Of a stretch of 64,000 nt of DNA, positions 52,013 through 62,822 are shown in pieces; position 1 is the stretch's first letter, and the number at the start of each line of letters is the position of its first letter. The translations under genes were made by a program, and so were the position numbers. Location: NCBI GenBank assembly GCA_963717525.1, contig OY970343.1:1184001-1248000 (forward strand). The letters run 5' to 3'. Source of the DNA: an uncultured Methanoregulaceae archaeon. GTDB taxonomy: Archaea > Halobacteriota > Methanomicrobia > Methanomicrobiales > Methanospirillaceae. The notes beneath the pieces were generated by a model, which had not been told where the DNA came from, ran no database searches, and saw nothing but the letters and a program-made list of their open reading frames with translations.

Positions 52013-52507
52013 TTAACTTACGACGATTTTCCAGACAGCGGATGGCTGGAATACCGTTACGTAATTATATGCTCCTTTCTGGCTAAATATGACGTTATAC
52101 ATCTGACCATATGGGATCATGACAGTGCCAAAATCTTGTGCATTATTCGTACTACCGGCAGACTGAATCCCGTGAGGCTTGAAGGGATCGTTGTTTACCC
52201 AGGAAACGGTTGTTCCCACCGGCACATAGAGGGTTCCAACGGGCGTTATGGTCAGATCCTGGGTAAAGGTAATTGTTACGACATTAGGGGTTGGCGCAGC
52301 AGTCGGTACAGCAGTCGGTACGGCAGTCGCATTTGCCGTCATATTGGGGGTAACAACCGGGGTCGGCATAGGGGTAGGAACAGGTGTGGCCGTTGTGGGT
52401 ACTGCAGTTGGCGTGGGCGTTGCGGCCGGGGTAGACGGCTGGGATGTGCATCCCGCAAACAGGATCCCGATGAACAGGACTACAAGAACAACAATTACTT
52501 TCTTCAT
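52013..52507 (-). CDS. lipoprotein with Pro/Thr linker and degenerate cupredoxin-like domain
   Basis: Lipobox FAGC, PT-rich linker, VPVGTTVSWVNND..PH and G.Y.Y near the C-terminus. Confidence 0.75.
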   Translation of the reverse strand: MKKVIVVLVVLFIGILFAGCTSQPSTPAATPTPTAVPTTATPVPTPMPTPVVTPNMTANATAVPTAVPTAAPTPNVVTITFTQDLTITPVGTLYVPVGTTVSWVNNDPFKPHGIQSAGSTNNAQDFGTVMIPYGQMYNVIFSQKGAYNYVTVFQPSAVWKIVVS

Positions 52508-52635
52508 GCATGTTTTTTTGCTATCTCGGTATATAAGGATATTCTATTATTATACGGGTTCAGCCCGCTACCGGGTCACCTGCGCTTCTTCTCCCGGACC
52601 TGAAAAAAAGAAGAAGGAAAATTCGCTCGCCGGCA

Positions 52636-55600
52636 TTATTTAAGGTAATGGCTGATCGGTTCGAGAGTCATCTTCTCGCGCTTGATCGCATCGATTGCAA
52701 GTGCCGCTGCCCGCGCTGCCTGCAGGGTCGTAATATACGGGATTCCGAAGTCGACCGCCGCACGCATGATCTGGTAATGATCCTGGCGGGACTGGCGGTC
52801 CTGGGGCGTATTGATGATCAGCCGGATCTCGCCATGGTGCATCATGTCCAGCACGTTGGGGGAACCCTCCTGCACTTTCCGGACCAGATGCGCCTCCACA
52901 CCCGCATCATGCAGGTAATCTACGGTTCCTTCGGTCCCGTATAGGGTAAGGCCGAGATCACGCAGGCGCCGGGCGATCGGGATCACTTCATCTTTCTGGC
53001 CGATATTAACCGAGACAAAGACATTTCCGTTGAGCGGCAGCTCGTTATCTGCCGAGATGCAGGCCTTGTAAAAGGCAAGCCCGAAGTCATAATCTATCCC
53101 CATCACTTCCCCCGTACTTTTCATCTCGGGCCCGAGTATTGTGTCGACACCGGCCAGTTTGTTGAAGGGCAGGAGCACCTCTTTGACCGCCACGTGATTG
53201 ATCTTTTTCTCATGGAAATCCAGTTCGCGCAGTTTCTTTCCGATCATCACCTTTGCCGCAATCTTTGCAATGGGAAGACCGGTGGCCTTCGAGACAAACG
53301 GAACGGTGCGGCTTGCCCTGGGGTTGGCCTCAAGGATATACACGATATTGTCCTTTACTGCCATCTGGATGTTGACAAGCCCGACAACACCAAGACCAAG
53401 GGCGATCCTCCGGGTATATTCCCGGACAGTCGTAACAATCTCGGGAGAGAGGGACTGAGTCGGGATGACACAGGCAGAATCCCCGGAGTGGATGCCGGCC
53501 TGCTCTATATGTTCCATGATCCCCCCGATGAGGACCTCTTCTCCATCACAGACCGCATCTACATCGAGTTCAATGGCGTTTCTCAGATACGAATCGATCA
53601 ATACCGGGTGATGCCTGCTCACCCGCACGGCTTCTTTCATGTAGGTCTCGAGTTCGACCGTATCATGGACAATCTCCATCGCCCGGCCGCCAAGGACATA
53701 GGATGGCCGGACAAGGACCGGGTAGCCAATCTTCTCTGCCTTTTCCCGGGCTTCCGCCTCTGAATAGGCAGAGCTGTTGGCAGGGCTGGGGATCTGGAGC
53801 GTGTCCAGCAGGACGCTGAAACGGTCCCGGTCCTCAGCAACATCCATCGCATCCGGGGATGTCCCGAGAATTCGTGTGGGAAGGCCCCGCCGTTTTATCT
53901 CCTTTTCCAGAGGTACCGCCAGATTGACCGCGTTCTGGCCCCCAAACTGCACCATCACACCGTAATACTCGTCGGTCATGAGGATGTTGGTGACATCCTC
54001 AAGCTGCATCGGCTCAAAGAAAAGGCGATCGGAGGTATCGAAATCAGTGGAGACCGTCTCCGGGTTGTTGTTGACGATATGGACTTCCACTCCCTCTTCC
54101 CGGAGCGCTTTTACCGCATGTACCGTGCAATAATCGAATTCTATTCCCTGGCCGATCCGTATGGGGCCGGAGCCGAGAATGAGTATTTTTTGTTTCTTAT
54201 CTGGAACGATCTCGCTTGTGCTTTCCCATGTCGAGTAAAAATAGGGGGTGCTTGCAGGAAACTCCGCAGCACAGGTGTCCACCATCTTGTAGACCGGCAG
54301 TCCCACAAGACCCTCGATCACAATTGTTTCCTTACCGGTGAGCGCGGCAATCTCGGTGTTGGTGAATCCATAGGTCTTTGCAAGGAGGATATCCTCGTCA
54401 GTGCTGCCCGCAGCAAGACGTTTTTCCAGATCGACAATATTTTTAATCTTCTCAAGGAAAAATGGCACGATTGCAGTGAGATGTGCAATCTCCTCTAAGG
54501 AAAAGCCCTGCCGGAATGCATCAAAAAGACAATGGAAACGCTCATCGGTCGGGCGGGAGAGGATCATCCGGATCTCGCTCTGGCTCGTGTGCGTCCGGAC
54601 ATCGGTATCGATCGACCGCTTGGCCTTCATGAACGCTTCCTCAAGTGTGCGCCCGATCGCCATCACTTCGCCGGTACTTTTCATGGAAGTGGAGAGCGTC
54701 CGGTCCGCGCCCTTGAACTTGTCAAAGGGCCAGCGGGGAACCTTGACCACAATATAATCAATGGTTGGTTCAAACGACGCCGCGGTGCATCCGGTCACCG
54801 AGTTCTTGATCTCATCCAGACGCAGGCCGATCGCAATTTTCGCCGCGACCCGTGCAATCGGATAGCCGGTTGCTTTGGAAGCGAGCGCTGAAGACCGGGA
54901 TACACGGGGGTTGACTTCGATGACCCGGTACTCCCCTTCCTTAAACGCAAACTGGATATTGCAACCGCCCTGAACGTCAAGGGCCCTGATGATATGGATG
55001 GCAGCGCTGCGCATCATCTGGAACTCATCGTCACGCAGCGTCAGGATAGGAGCAACCACCACGCTCTCCCCGGTGTGGATACCCATCGGATCGACATTTT
55101 CCATGCTGCAGACAATGACACAGGTATCAGCAGAATCCCTCATCACCTCGAACTCGAGCTCCTTCCAGCCCATCACGCTCTGCTCGATAAGAACCTGGTG
55201 AATACGGGACCGGGAAAGCCCTAATTCGACGATCCGGGTCAGTTCCTCCCGGGTCCGTCCAATTCCTCCACCGGCCCCGCCCAGCGTGTATGCAGGGCGT
55301 ACCACCGCAGGCAGGCCGATCTTTGCGATCGCTTCATCTATCTGGCTTAAGGTGTTGATTACCGTGCTCCGGGGGACCGGTTCGCCGATCTCGTTCATGA
55401 GATCCCGGAATTTTTCCCGGTCTTCCCCCTTGTAGATCGCTTCGAGCGGGGTACCAAGGATCTCGACCCCTTTGAGCGCACCCATCTCAGCTCAGCTCTG
55501 CGGTAAGGTTGAGGCCGGTCTGGCCACCCATGCCGGAGAGAATGCCATCCGGCCGCTCTTTTTCGATGATCCGTGCGATGATATCGGCCCGGAGGGGCTC

Positions 55601-55799
55601 AATATAGATCTCGTCAGCCATGTCCGGATCGGTCATGATCGTTGCCGGGTTGGAGTTGACCAGTACCGACCTCAATACCCTCTTCCTTGAGGGAGCGGCA
55701 GGCCTGCGAGCCGGAGAAATCAAATTCTGCACCCTGGCCAATCTGGATCGGCCCTGAGCCGATGATCAGCACCTTCCGGATGTCGGTTCTCCGGGGCAT
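52636..55799 (-). CDS. carB: carbamoyl-phosphate synthase large subunit; apparent frameshifts near 55667 and 55493
   Basis: [37 protein letters not shown], a duplicated second half and an MGS domain; the three ORFs are collinear. Confidence 0.96.
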
Positions 55800-56855
55800 T
55801 TATTTCAGCCCCTGGAAAAGCGCGTCAAAGAAATGCGCTTCGGTATCCCGGGGGCCCCCGTGGGCTTCCGGATGGAACTGTACCGTTGTCAGGCAAAGAT
55901 CTTTGTTCTCAAACCCTTCAACCGTTCCATCGTTGACATTTGTATAGGTCACGCGGCAGCCTTCGGGCAGGGACCCGGCATCCACCGCAAAACCGTGATT
56001 CTGGGTGGTGATGAAGATGCGACCGTCTTTGAACCGCACCGGCTGGTTTGCCCCACGGTGGCCGAACTTGAGTTTGTAGGTATCACCGCCAAGGGCGAGA
56101 GCGGATACCTGGTTTCCCATACAGATCCCAAAGACGGGGAGTTCCCCGAGGAGGTCCTGTATGCAGCGTATCGAATCCGGGGCCTGTTTGGGATCGCCCG
56201 GGCCGTTACTCACAAAGAGGGCATCAGGTTTGCAGGTCCTGACCTGATCAGAGGTGGCGTTATACGGGAATACATACAGGTCCCCGTTCCGCTTCGAGAG
56301 ACTGGTCAGCATGTTCTTTTTGATCCCGAGATCAATGACCGCAATTCGTTTCCCGCTGCCGGGGATACGGTAGGGTTCCCTGCACGATACCTCCGGGATC
56401 GGAACGATATCGCATATTGTCGGGGTCTTTTTTGCCAGGGCTACAGCATACGCCCCGTCTCCGCTCCCCACAACTAGCGCTGCGCGCATCGTTCCATGGA
56501 CCCGGGCCTTGATGGTTAAGGCACGGGTGTCGACACCGGTCATTCCGAGGAGAGAATTTTCTTCAAAAAAAGTTCTGATAGTTGGTTCGTATTCGGGTTT
56601 CTCGCAGATCTCTTTTGCGATGCACCCCAGCGCACAGACGCGCGGGTTCTGGAAGTTTTTAGAATCGACGCCGTAATTGCCGATCTGGGGGAAGGTGAAC
56701 ATCAGGATCTGTCCGAAATAACTCGGATCGGTGAGAGACTCCATGTAACCGGTCATCTGGGTGTTAAAGACCAGTTCACCGGCACATTCACCTTTTACCC
56801 CGAATCCTTCCCCAACAACAAAATCCCCGTCTTCGAATCCCAGAACCGCCTTCAT
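55800..56855 (-). CDS. carA: carbamoyl-phosphate synthase small subunit (alternative start 56864)
   Basis: GELVFNT.MTGY.E.LTDPSY, SNGPGDP, GICMG and QFHPE. Confidence 0.96.
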   Translation of the reverse strand: MKAVLGFEDGDFVVGEGFGVKGECAGELVFNTQMTGYMESLTDPSYFGQILMFTFPQIGNYGVDSKNFQNPRVCALGCIAKEICEKPEYEPTIRTFFEENSLLGMTGVDTRALTIKARVHGTMRAALVVGSGDGAYAVALAKKTPTICDIVPIPEVSCREPYRIPGSGKRIAVIDLGIKKNMLTSLSKRNGDLYVFPYNATSDQVRTCKPDALFVSNGPGDPKQAPDSIRCIQDLLGELPVFGICMGNQVSALALGGDTYKLKFGHRGANQPVRFKDGRIFITTQNHGFAVDAGSLPEGCRVTYTNVNDGTVEGFENKDLCLTTVQFHPEAHGGPRDTEAHFFDALFQGLK

Positions 56856-57122
56856 GGTGTCCATAGATTATGTGCCGGATTAGTTATTAACGCTGATGCA
56901 AAGGACAGAGCCGGGTCACAAGCCGACCTTCACATGAGTCAGATCCTCGTTCGGGAGAAATCTGCTGCAATTACGGTACAAGACCCCGGCGGCCATAAGA
57001 GCAGCGCCAAGATGTCACAGTCGCAGAAGCGGGAAAGAATGCCGGATCAGTATGCCTTCATGAAATGGGATCGCCCGCATCCCCATTTTTATATAGTACC
57101 GGCCGCAATTTTGTCACGGGAA

Positions 57123-57410
57123 GTGATTTACACGTCAACACACGTCAAAGGAAAAGACCGGGGTCCTGTCATGTTGTACGCGCTATCGACCTGCCAGTGG
57201 TGCCACAAGACAAAGGTTCTGCTGGAAGAGCTCGGCGTTGCCTTTGATTACGATTACATTGATCTTCTCGAAGGAAAAGAGCAGGACGAGGCGATGGATA
57301 CGATCGAACGGTGGAACCCCAGCGGGTCGTTTCCTACCCTTGTGATCGATAACAAACGAGCAATTGTGGGGTTCCGTGAGCAGGAAATCCGGGAGGCTCT
57401 TGCCGTATGA
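57123..57410 (+). CDS. glutaredoxin-like protein (methanoredoxin type); start uncertain
   Basis: [17 protein letters not shown] and IVGF. Confidence 0.88.
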   Translation: MIYTSTHVKGKDRGPVMLYALSTCQWCHKTKVLLEELGVAFDYDYIDLLEGKEQDEAMDTIERWNPSGSFPTLVIDNKRAIVGFREQEIREALAV

Positions 57411-57922
57411 ATGTCCCGGCAATTACGGAAGATTCTGTTGACGCCACGTATCTCACGCTCAGAAATGATGCCGAAAAAAGCGGTTACCGGCTGAACCCGG
57501 ATAGCGAATTCACAAAAAACCTTGTTCGGGGCCTGTTGAAGAACGAGCAGAGGTACGGGTACTGTTCCTGCCCCTGCCGTCTCGCTTCAGGTAAAAAGGA
57601 GGAGGATATTGATATCATCTGCCCTTGTTATTACCGTGACGACGATCTTGAGGAGTTCGGTGCCTGTTACTGCACCTTGTATGTGAATGAGGCGATCGCC
57701 CATGGCAACCAGAAAGTCGCCCCGGTGCCGGAGCGCCGCCCACCCCGCTCCCAACGGGGGAAGGACCCTGTAGTCCGGATTACGGGGACTGCTGCTTCAC
57801 CGGTCTTTTCCCAGCCAATCTGGCGGTGCAAAGTCTGTGGATACCTCTGTGCACGCGAACAGCCACCGGGTATCTGTCCGATCTGCAAGGCGACAAAAGA
57901 ACGGTTTGAGAGATTTATCTAA
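57407..57922 (+). CDS. ferredoxin:disulfide reductase (FTR catalytic domain + C-terminal rubredoxin-like domain)
   Basis: CPCR, CPC, CYC and WRCKVCGY...CPIC; ATGA overlap with the glutaredoxin gene. Confidence 0.9.
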   Translation: MNVPAITEDSVDATYLTLRNDAEKSGYRLNPDSEFTKNLVRGLLKNEQRYGYCSCPCRLASGKKEEDIDIICPCYYRDDDLEEFGACYCTLYVNEAIAHGNQKVAPVPERRPPRSQRGKDPVVRITGTAASPVFSQPIWRCKVCGYLCAREQPPGICPICKATKERFERFI

Positions 57923-58193
57923 AACTTTTTCTTATGAGATCCTCCCAGAAACAGGGTTTTTATTTTTCATGGGGCACTTGTATTCTCTCCATGTTCCACT
58001 AAAAAATCATACTCACAATACCTGTTTTTCTGTATCAAATTTTTATACGTTCCAGAATAATCACCCTGCAACTGCGTGTTGGATCTTGATAATTGCGATT
58101 CATCCCCTCCTCGCTTCTCTCGGAGTCGCTCGGGCGCCTTATCGGGCCCCTGCTGGGCAGATTACCTGTTTCTCCACTATCCTGGTAATTGAT

Positions 58194-58620
58194 CCGCCGC
58201 GGGGGCTTCCTGCCGGGGGCGGCGGCACTGCTCGTTCATGGGGGTGTGGGGGCGACAGCCCCCACGATATCCCCGCCACTCAATCCGGAAATCCGGCCCG
58301 GGACCCAGCCATTCCGGAAAAAAACCCGCCCCCCCTTTCAAAAAAATCGGTCACCCCCCTCCCCCCACGTGCTGCTCCGCAAAAAAATCGATCGGACCGA
58401 TCGATTTCAAAATCGGTCGGGGCGACCTCTTTTATTCCAGTCTCGCAACATGCGCTTCCACTGGATGTTCAGGAGAGGCGGGGTGATCGGTCCGATCGTT
58501 TCTGAAATTAGCCGGACCTACCGCTCGTACAGCAGGATCAAAGGTAGCCCCCTACCCCCCACGTGCTGCTCCGCAAAAAAATGATCGGACCGATCGATCT
58601 CAGAATCGGTCGGGGTAACC
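58194..58620. repeat. GC-rich intergenic element with hairpins and two ~72-bp direct repeats
   Basis: Repeat copies at about 58355-58427 and 58548-58620 (CCCCCCACGTGCTGCTCCGCAAAAAAAT(C)GATCGGACCGATCGAT...AATCGGTCGGGG); hairpin GTGGGGGC-GACA-GCCCCCAC at 58246-58265. Confidence 0.8.
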
Positions 58621-58717
58621 GCTTTACACACCTTTCCCGGAACCCGGTAAAAGGACGGGACGGAGAATGCTGCATTACCCCAATACTAAAAATACCGTTC
58701 ACACAAACCTATGGTAT

Positions 58718-59056
58718 ATGACTGGCGCGATCCGTGTCGAGATTGTCGGACTGAAATCTTCTGAATGTTCTCCGTTTCCCTGCGATGAAAACCGGACCTG
58801 CGGGTTATCAGAGTGCTATCCCTCAGGAAACCTGGTACAGGCGTTTGATGCATTAAAAGCGAAGGTACAAGAGATCTATGGCAACCGGGTCGAAATGAAA
58901 CTCACCCTTATCGATGACGATGTTCCCGATCATATACGCTCGATACTCGAAAAGGAATATCCACCTATTCCGATGGTTCTCATGAACGGGAAACTCACCC
59001 GGATCGGGAGGATCGTATCCGACCGTATCATGAACGAGATTGAGGCCACTCTTTAA
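58718..59056 (+). CDS. thioredoxin-like fold hypothetical protein with four Cys
   Basis: CSPFPC.....C....C cluster and P.V.MNGK...G cis-Pro-like motif. Confidence 0.7.
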   Translation: MTGAIRVEIVGLKSSECSPFPCDENRTCGLSECYPSGNLVQAFDALKAKVQEIYGNRVEMKLTLIDDDVPDHIRSILEKEYPPIPMVLMNGKLTRIGRIVSDRIMNEIEATL

Positions 59057-59228
59057 CGAAAGTCATGTATATGTGCCTGGTACCGGTTTCTTAGGTAAAG
59101 AAGTACCTGCAGATCCCAATCCTTTCTTTTTTAGAGAAGGAACCGGAAAACGGGGATTTTAAATGGAGACTGAAAAGTGTCTTTTATTGGATTGACCGGC
59201 ATCGCGCTTTAAGGAGGCCAGACACGTC

Positions 59229-60563
59229 TTACACTGATCTCCCTTTTTCCTTCAACCGGGTAAGAACCCGCTCCTTTTTTGCGATTGCAGCCTGTGAAGC
59301 CCGCAGGACTCCCTTTTTCATCTCCTCGAAATCTGCAGATTCCGTGTCCACCACTTTTTTTACCGGCGTATATGCGGACTCCCGGAACCGGGGCTCGAAA
59401 TCATGCTCTTTCCCATCCGTCACCAGGACAGATGCCGGTTCTCCCTTTTCCACGTTCCCGATCTCCCTGCAGTTTACACCGGTTGACCGGATTACCCGGG
59501 TAATCTCATCCGCCGAGGATTTGGGGGCAACGATCAGGAGGGCATCAAGGGAAACGCCGAGATAATCAATCTCTAATGCTTCAAGCATCTTTCGTACCCG
59601 TGGATTGACGAGGGGGAGCGTATCCTCCTCCCTCACCACCATACGGCACCGTGCGGTCTCTGCCATCTCAAAGATGTCGCCCCGGAGACCCCCGTTGGTC
59701 ACATCGGTCATGGCATGGATCTGATCAAATACCGGATTTTTTATCAGCGCTTCACAGGTCAAAAGAAAGTTGAGATTGATAGTCTCTTCGACAACGTCAG
59801 GGAACCCGGAATAGATCGCCGCAGTCGCAATCGTTCCACCGCCCGCACCCTCGGTCATCAGCAGCACATCACCGGGCTGAGTCGATTTCCTGGCCGTCAG
59901 GTGACGGGCCACTCCAACAGCACCGACACAGCCGGTCAGCCGGTTCCCAAGGACCATGTCCCCGCCTATCCTCAGCGTGGAGCCGGTTACGAGGGGCACG
60001 TCCATCATCTCGCCAACGGTCGTGATCCCCGCCGTGTAGTCGAATATCTTTGCCACATCCCCGTCATCGGCCACATGGATGTCGGAAAAGAGCATGACCG
60101 GCGTTGCCCCCATTACGTAGAGATCCCGCAGCGTCGCACGGGTTACATGGAAACCGGCAAGATAGGGATAATCCGAGAGCCGCGAATGCATGCCATCAAC
60201 GGTACAGACGATATACTCGCTACCGGCTTTGACGGCCCCGGCGTCATCCATCTCGTCCACGCCGACTGATGCCCCGGTTTTGCCGATAATCCGGGCAATT
60301 TCCCGGTGTGCAAAAAAATCGCCTTTTCCCCGGGAGCCAACCCCGAACTCCCCCATCCTGACCCCTGCCGGCTCGAACGCAAAAAAATCGCCGGTGAGCC
60401 CCTGCGTATTTTTGACCTCTTCGACAACCGCCCGGGCAAAGGCGTTCGTGTACGCAGGTTTCGAATGTTTTATTTCCGATATACGCCCGGCCAGACTGTG
60501 TATAATTGCATTTTCATCTTCACCGGCGGCAAGATGCTGCCGGACATATTCCTCCACATCCAT
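59229..60563 (-). CDS. AIR synthase-related (PurM/HypE/SelD fold) protein, methanogen type
   Basis: GVGSRG.GDF, DDAG, DGMHSRLS, MTDVTNGGLRGD and FRESAYTPVK. Confidence 0.85.
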   Translation of the reverse strand: MDVEEYVRQHLAAGEDENAIIHSLAGRISEIKHSKPAYTNAFARAVVEEVKNTQGLTGDFFAFEPAGVRMGEFGVGSRGKGDFFAHREIARIIGKTGASVGVDEMDDAGAVKAGSEYIVCTVDGMHSRLSDYPYLAGFHVTRATLRDLYVMGATPVMLFSDIHVADDGDVAKIFDYTAGITTVGEMMDVPLVTGSTLRIGGDMVLGNRLTGCVGAVGVARHLTARKSTQPGDVLLMTEGAGGGTIATAAIYSGFPDVVEETINLNFLLTCEALIKNPVFDQIHAMTDVTNGGLRGDIFEMAETARCRMVVREEDTLPLVNPRVRKMLEALEIDYLGVSLDALLIVAPKSSADEITRVIRSTGVNCREIGNVEKGEPASVLVTDGKEHDFEPRFRESAYTPVKKVVDTESADFEEMKKGVLRASQAAIAKKERVLTRLKEKGRSV

Positions 60564-60622
60564 GCATCCGTATTCGTGCCGGAGCCATAAATACCACCGG
60601 TATTGTCCTGTTTAAACAGATA

Positions 60623-61603
60623 TTACCGGCGCAGGATACCCATAACTTCCGAGAAACAGTGGAGGCCCTCTTCGAACTTTTTTGCCTTGAACAGGGAAAG
60701 TCCTTTGACCACCCCTTCCCTGACATCGTGGGCATCAATATAATAGGCCTGATCAAAAGCGTGGGCTGATTCTTCCAGTCGCCCCAAGGCAAAGCAGGAG
60801 TTACTCAAAACCACCCATGCATCGGCAATCGTTGGATCGTTTGAAAGGGCTTGCCTGAGGCACAAGATTGCCTCATCGTGCAAACCAAGCTTTGAAAGGG
60901 CAAGGCCTTTCCGGTAGAGTGCCTGCGGGTGAAGGGGATTGATGGCAAGCGCACAGTCCAAGGTATCGAGAGCATCACGATAGTTTTTCTGGTTGATAAG
61001 GGCGATTCCCCGGTTATGAAGGGCAGAAAAATAAAAAGGGTATATTTTCAGGGCCCGGTCATAACAGGAGATCTCCTCCTCATAGCGTTTCAGTTTCCCG
61101 AGGGCATAGCCCTTATTCACCCATGCCGAGATGTACCGGCTCCGCAACTGAAGGGCCCGGTCGCAGCACCGGATCTCTGCTTCGTATCGTCCCAGCATAC
61201 CAAGGGCGACACCCTTATTGTTCCATGCGGATGCATTTTCCGGATCGAGTGCGAGTGCACGATCACAACAGGCAATTTTTTCCTCTAACCTGCCCAGTTT
61301 TCCAAGGGCAAACGCCTTGTAATTCCATGCATCGAGACTGGCAGGATCGAGGCACAGTGCCTGATCGCAGCAGTCGATCTCTTCCTGGAAACGTCCCAGT
61401 TTCCCCAGCGCAAAACCCCGCCCGGCCCATGCAGATGCAAGCGACGGGTTTACGGCAAGTGCCAGCGTGAACAAGGTAAGGGCCTCATCATGCCGGCCCT
61501 CTTTGCCCCGCGCAATTCCTTCAGCATAATAATCAAGCGCTGAGGGAGTCTTTCGGTCAGTTTCTACAGGTTCTGTCGAATTCATTTGCGTAGGATATGG
61601 CAC
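60623..61603 (-). CDS. tetratricopeptide repeat protein
   Basis: Repeated 34-aa AW.NKG.AL..LGR.EE.I.C.D.AL..P units. Confidence 0.9.
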   Translation of the reverse strand: MPYPTQMNSTEPVETDRKTPSALDYYAEGIARGKEGRHDEALTLFTLALAVNPSLASAWAGRGFALGKLGRFQEEIDCCDQALCLDPASLDAWNYKAFALGKLGRLEEKIACCDRALALDPENASAWNNKGVALGMLGRYEAEIRCCDRALQLRSRYISAWVNKGYALGKLKRYEEEISCYDRALKIYPFYFSALHNRGIALINQKNYRDALDTLDCALAINPLHPQALYRKGLALSKLGLHDEAILCLRQALSNDPTIADAWVVLSNSCFALGRLEESAHAFDQAYYIDAHDVREGVVKGLSLFKAKKFEEGLHCFSEVMGILRR

Positions 61604-61623
61604 CCGTGCACCCAGTCCCCGTC

Positions 61624-62100
61624 TCAGGTGACCAGGTACCCGTGCTCAACAAGATACCGTTGACGGCGTTCTTCGGCATCGGAGAAAGATTCCGGGATAT
61701 TTTTTTCTGCCTCTTCCCAGACGGCACGTAACATGCGATCATCCGAGTGAAGGTGAAGTGTCCCGGTCACCACACCCAGGACATTTCCTCCGGGAGCGGT
61801 AATTCGCATAATAACACAGCGATAAAATTTGCACTGTGCCGGACTATCGTTATGGATGGTGCATCGCAGAAGATCTCCATCGGGGCGGAGGAAACGGCAT
61901 GCATGGGGATGGTTGTCGGGAAAGGAGCGATCGCAAAAGATCTCCCGTTTGTCTTCATCGACGCAGGCAATAAACTCCGTACCGGTGGATACCGATTCGC
62001 ATGCAAACTCATATGGCCCGATCTGCTTATCGATGATGATATAATCGCCCAGGGACATGCAGCAGGTTCCGCATTGCCGGCAGGTAAACGTCACGTTCAT
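61624..62100 (-). CDS. YkgJ / CxxCxxCC cysteine cluster protein
   Basis: FTCRQCGTCC, CRFL and CTIH..SP.QC..Y.C. Confidence 0.88.
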   Translation of the reverse strand: MNVTFTCRQCGTCCMSLGDYIIIDKQIGPYEFACESVSTGTEFIACVDEDKREIFCDRSFPDNHPHACRFLRPDGDLLRCTIHNDSPAQCKFYRCVIMRITAPGGNVLGVVTGTLHLHSDDRMLRAVWEEAEKNIPESFSDAEERRQRYLVEHGYLVT

Positions 62101-62189
62101 TCCCTCTCACATCATTTAAAAATATCCGTGATACCGGAGGCCATAATCTGAACTCTCCCGTATTTATCTGCTCTGACCACTACGACTCC

Positions 62190-62822
62190 CTACTGGATCC
62201 TTCCTGCCGCGGTCTGAGCCAATTCTTTGAGCGTTTCAAAATCTGTTGTTGTGCCACTCATGGTCACCTCTTCGTACACATCCTTTTTTGTGAAGATAAT
62301 TGAGTACGTCGTGAGAAGGGGATTCTCCGAATCGGTTTTACGATAGGCAAAGGTTTGGTCCCCCATATTCGGGCAGGGGAGTTGGTAGATCTGGGTTGTC
62401 CCTGTTTCCTGTGCGGTGACAGCGCCCTCCTGAACATTAAATACCGTGTTCATATTGGAAAGAGTATAAAGATCGATGACCTGACTGACTGTCGTTAGGT
62501 CGTATTGTTGTTCGTTTAAACGGTAGTAGGTGACTGAATACCCTGCCCTCCAGCCGAGATTTTGCGACATCTGGTCCATTTCCAGATACGAAATGTCAGA
62601 TCGGTCCTTAAGGATATAACCTGACGGCATGTCAGACGGCTGGAGTGCCATTTGCGATACCGGGATTGTCGAAACCGGGCTTATTGTCGTCGGTACTGGA
62701 GTTGGGGCGGTCGTCTGGGTCGGTGCAGGCCCTTGTGGATTTGGAAAAATTGCCGACAGGCAGCCTGCACTGAACAGCACAACGACAAGGATAGCCACGA
62801 GAACACCGGAACCTGTATGCAT
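62190..62822 (-). CDS. putative lipoprotein with Pro/Thr linker
   Basis: Hydrophobic signal with SAGC lipobox, PT-rich linker and globular domain. Confidence 0.78.
   Translation of the reverse strand: MHTGSGVLVAILVVVLFSAGCLSAIFPNPQGPAPTQTTAPTPVPTTISPVSTIPVSQMALQPSDMPSGYILKDRSDISYLEMDQMSQNLGWRAGYSVTYYRLNEQQYDLTTVSQVIDLYTLSNMNTVFNVQEGAVTAQETGTTQIYQLPCPNMGDQTFAYRKTDSENPLLTTYSIIFTKKDVYEEVTMSGTTTDFETLKELAQTAAGRIQ

Noticed and set aside
29987..55799. topA, gatB and carB as pseudogenes or programmed frameshifts
   Set aside because: These are single-base indels without slippery heptamers or other decay, in genes expected to be essential; sequencing error is more parsimonious.
57837..58584. ORFs across the repeat element
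   Set aside because: They are low-complexity Pro/Gly/Arg translations of the repeats in all three frames, with no start context.
58350..58620. CRISPR array or replication origin (ORB)
   Set aside because: There are only two long repeats with a ~120-bp spacer and no cas genes. There is one ORB-like TTCCACTGGA near 58456, but no cdc6/orc1 in the window and no repeated ORBs.
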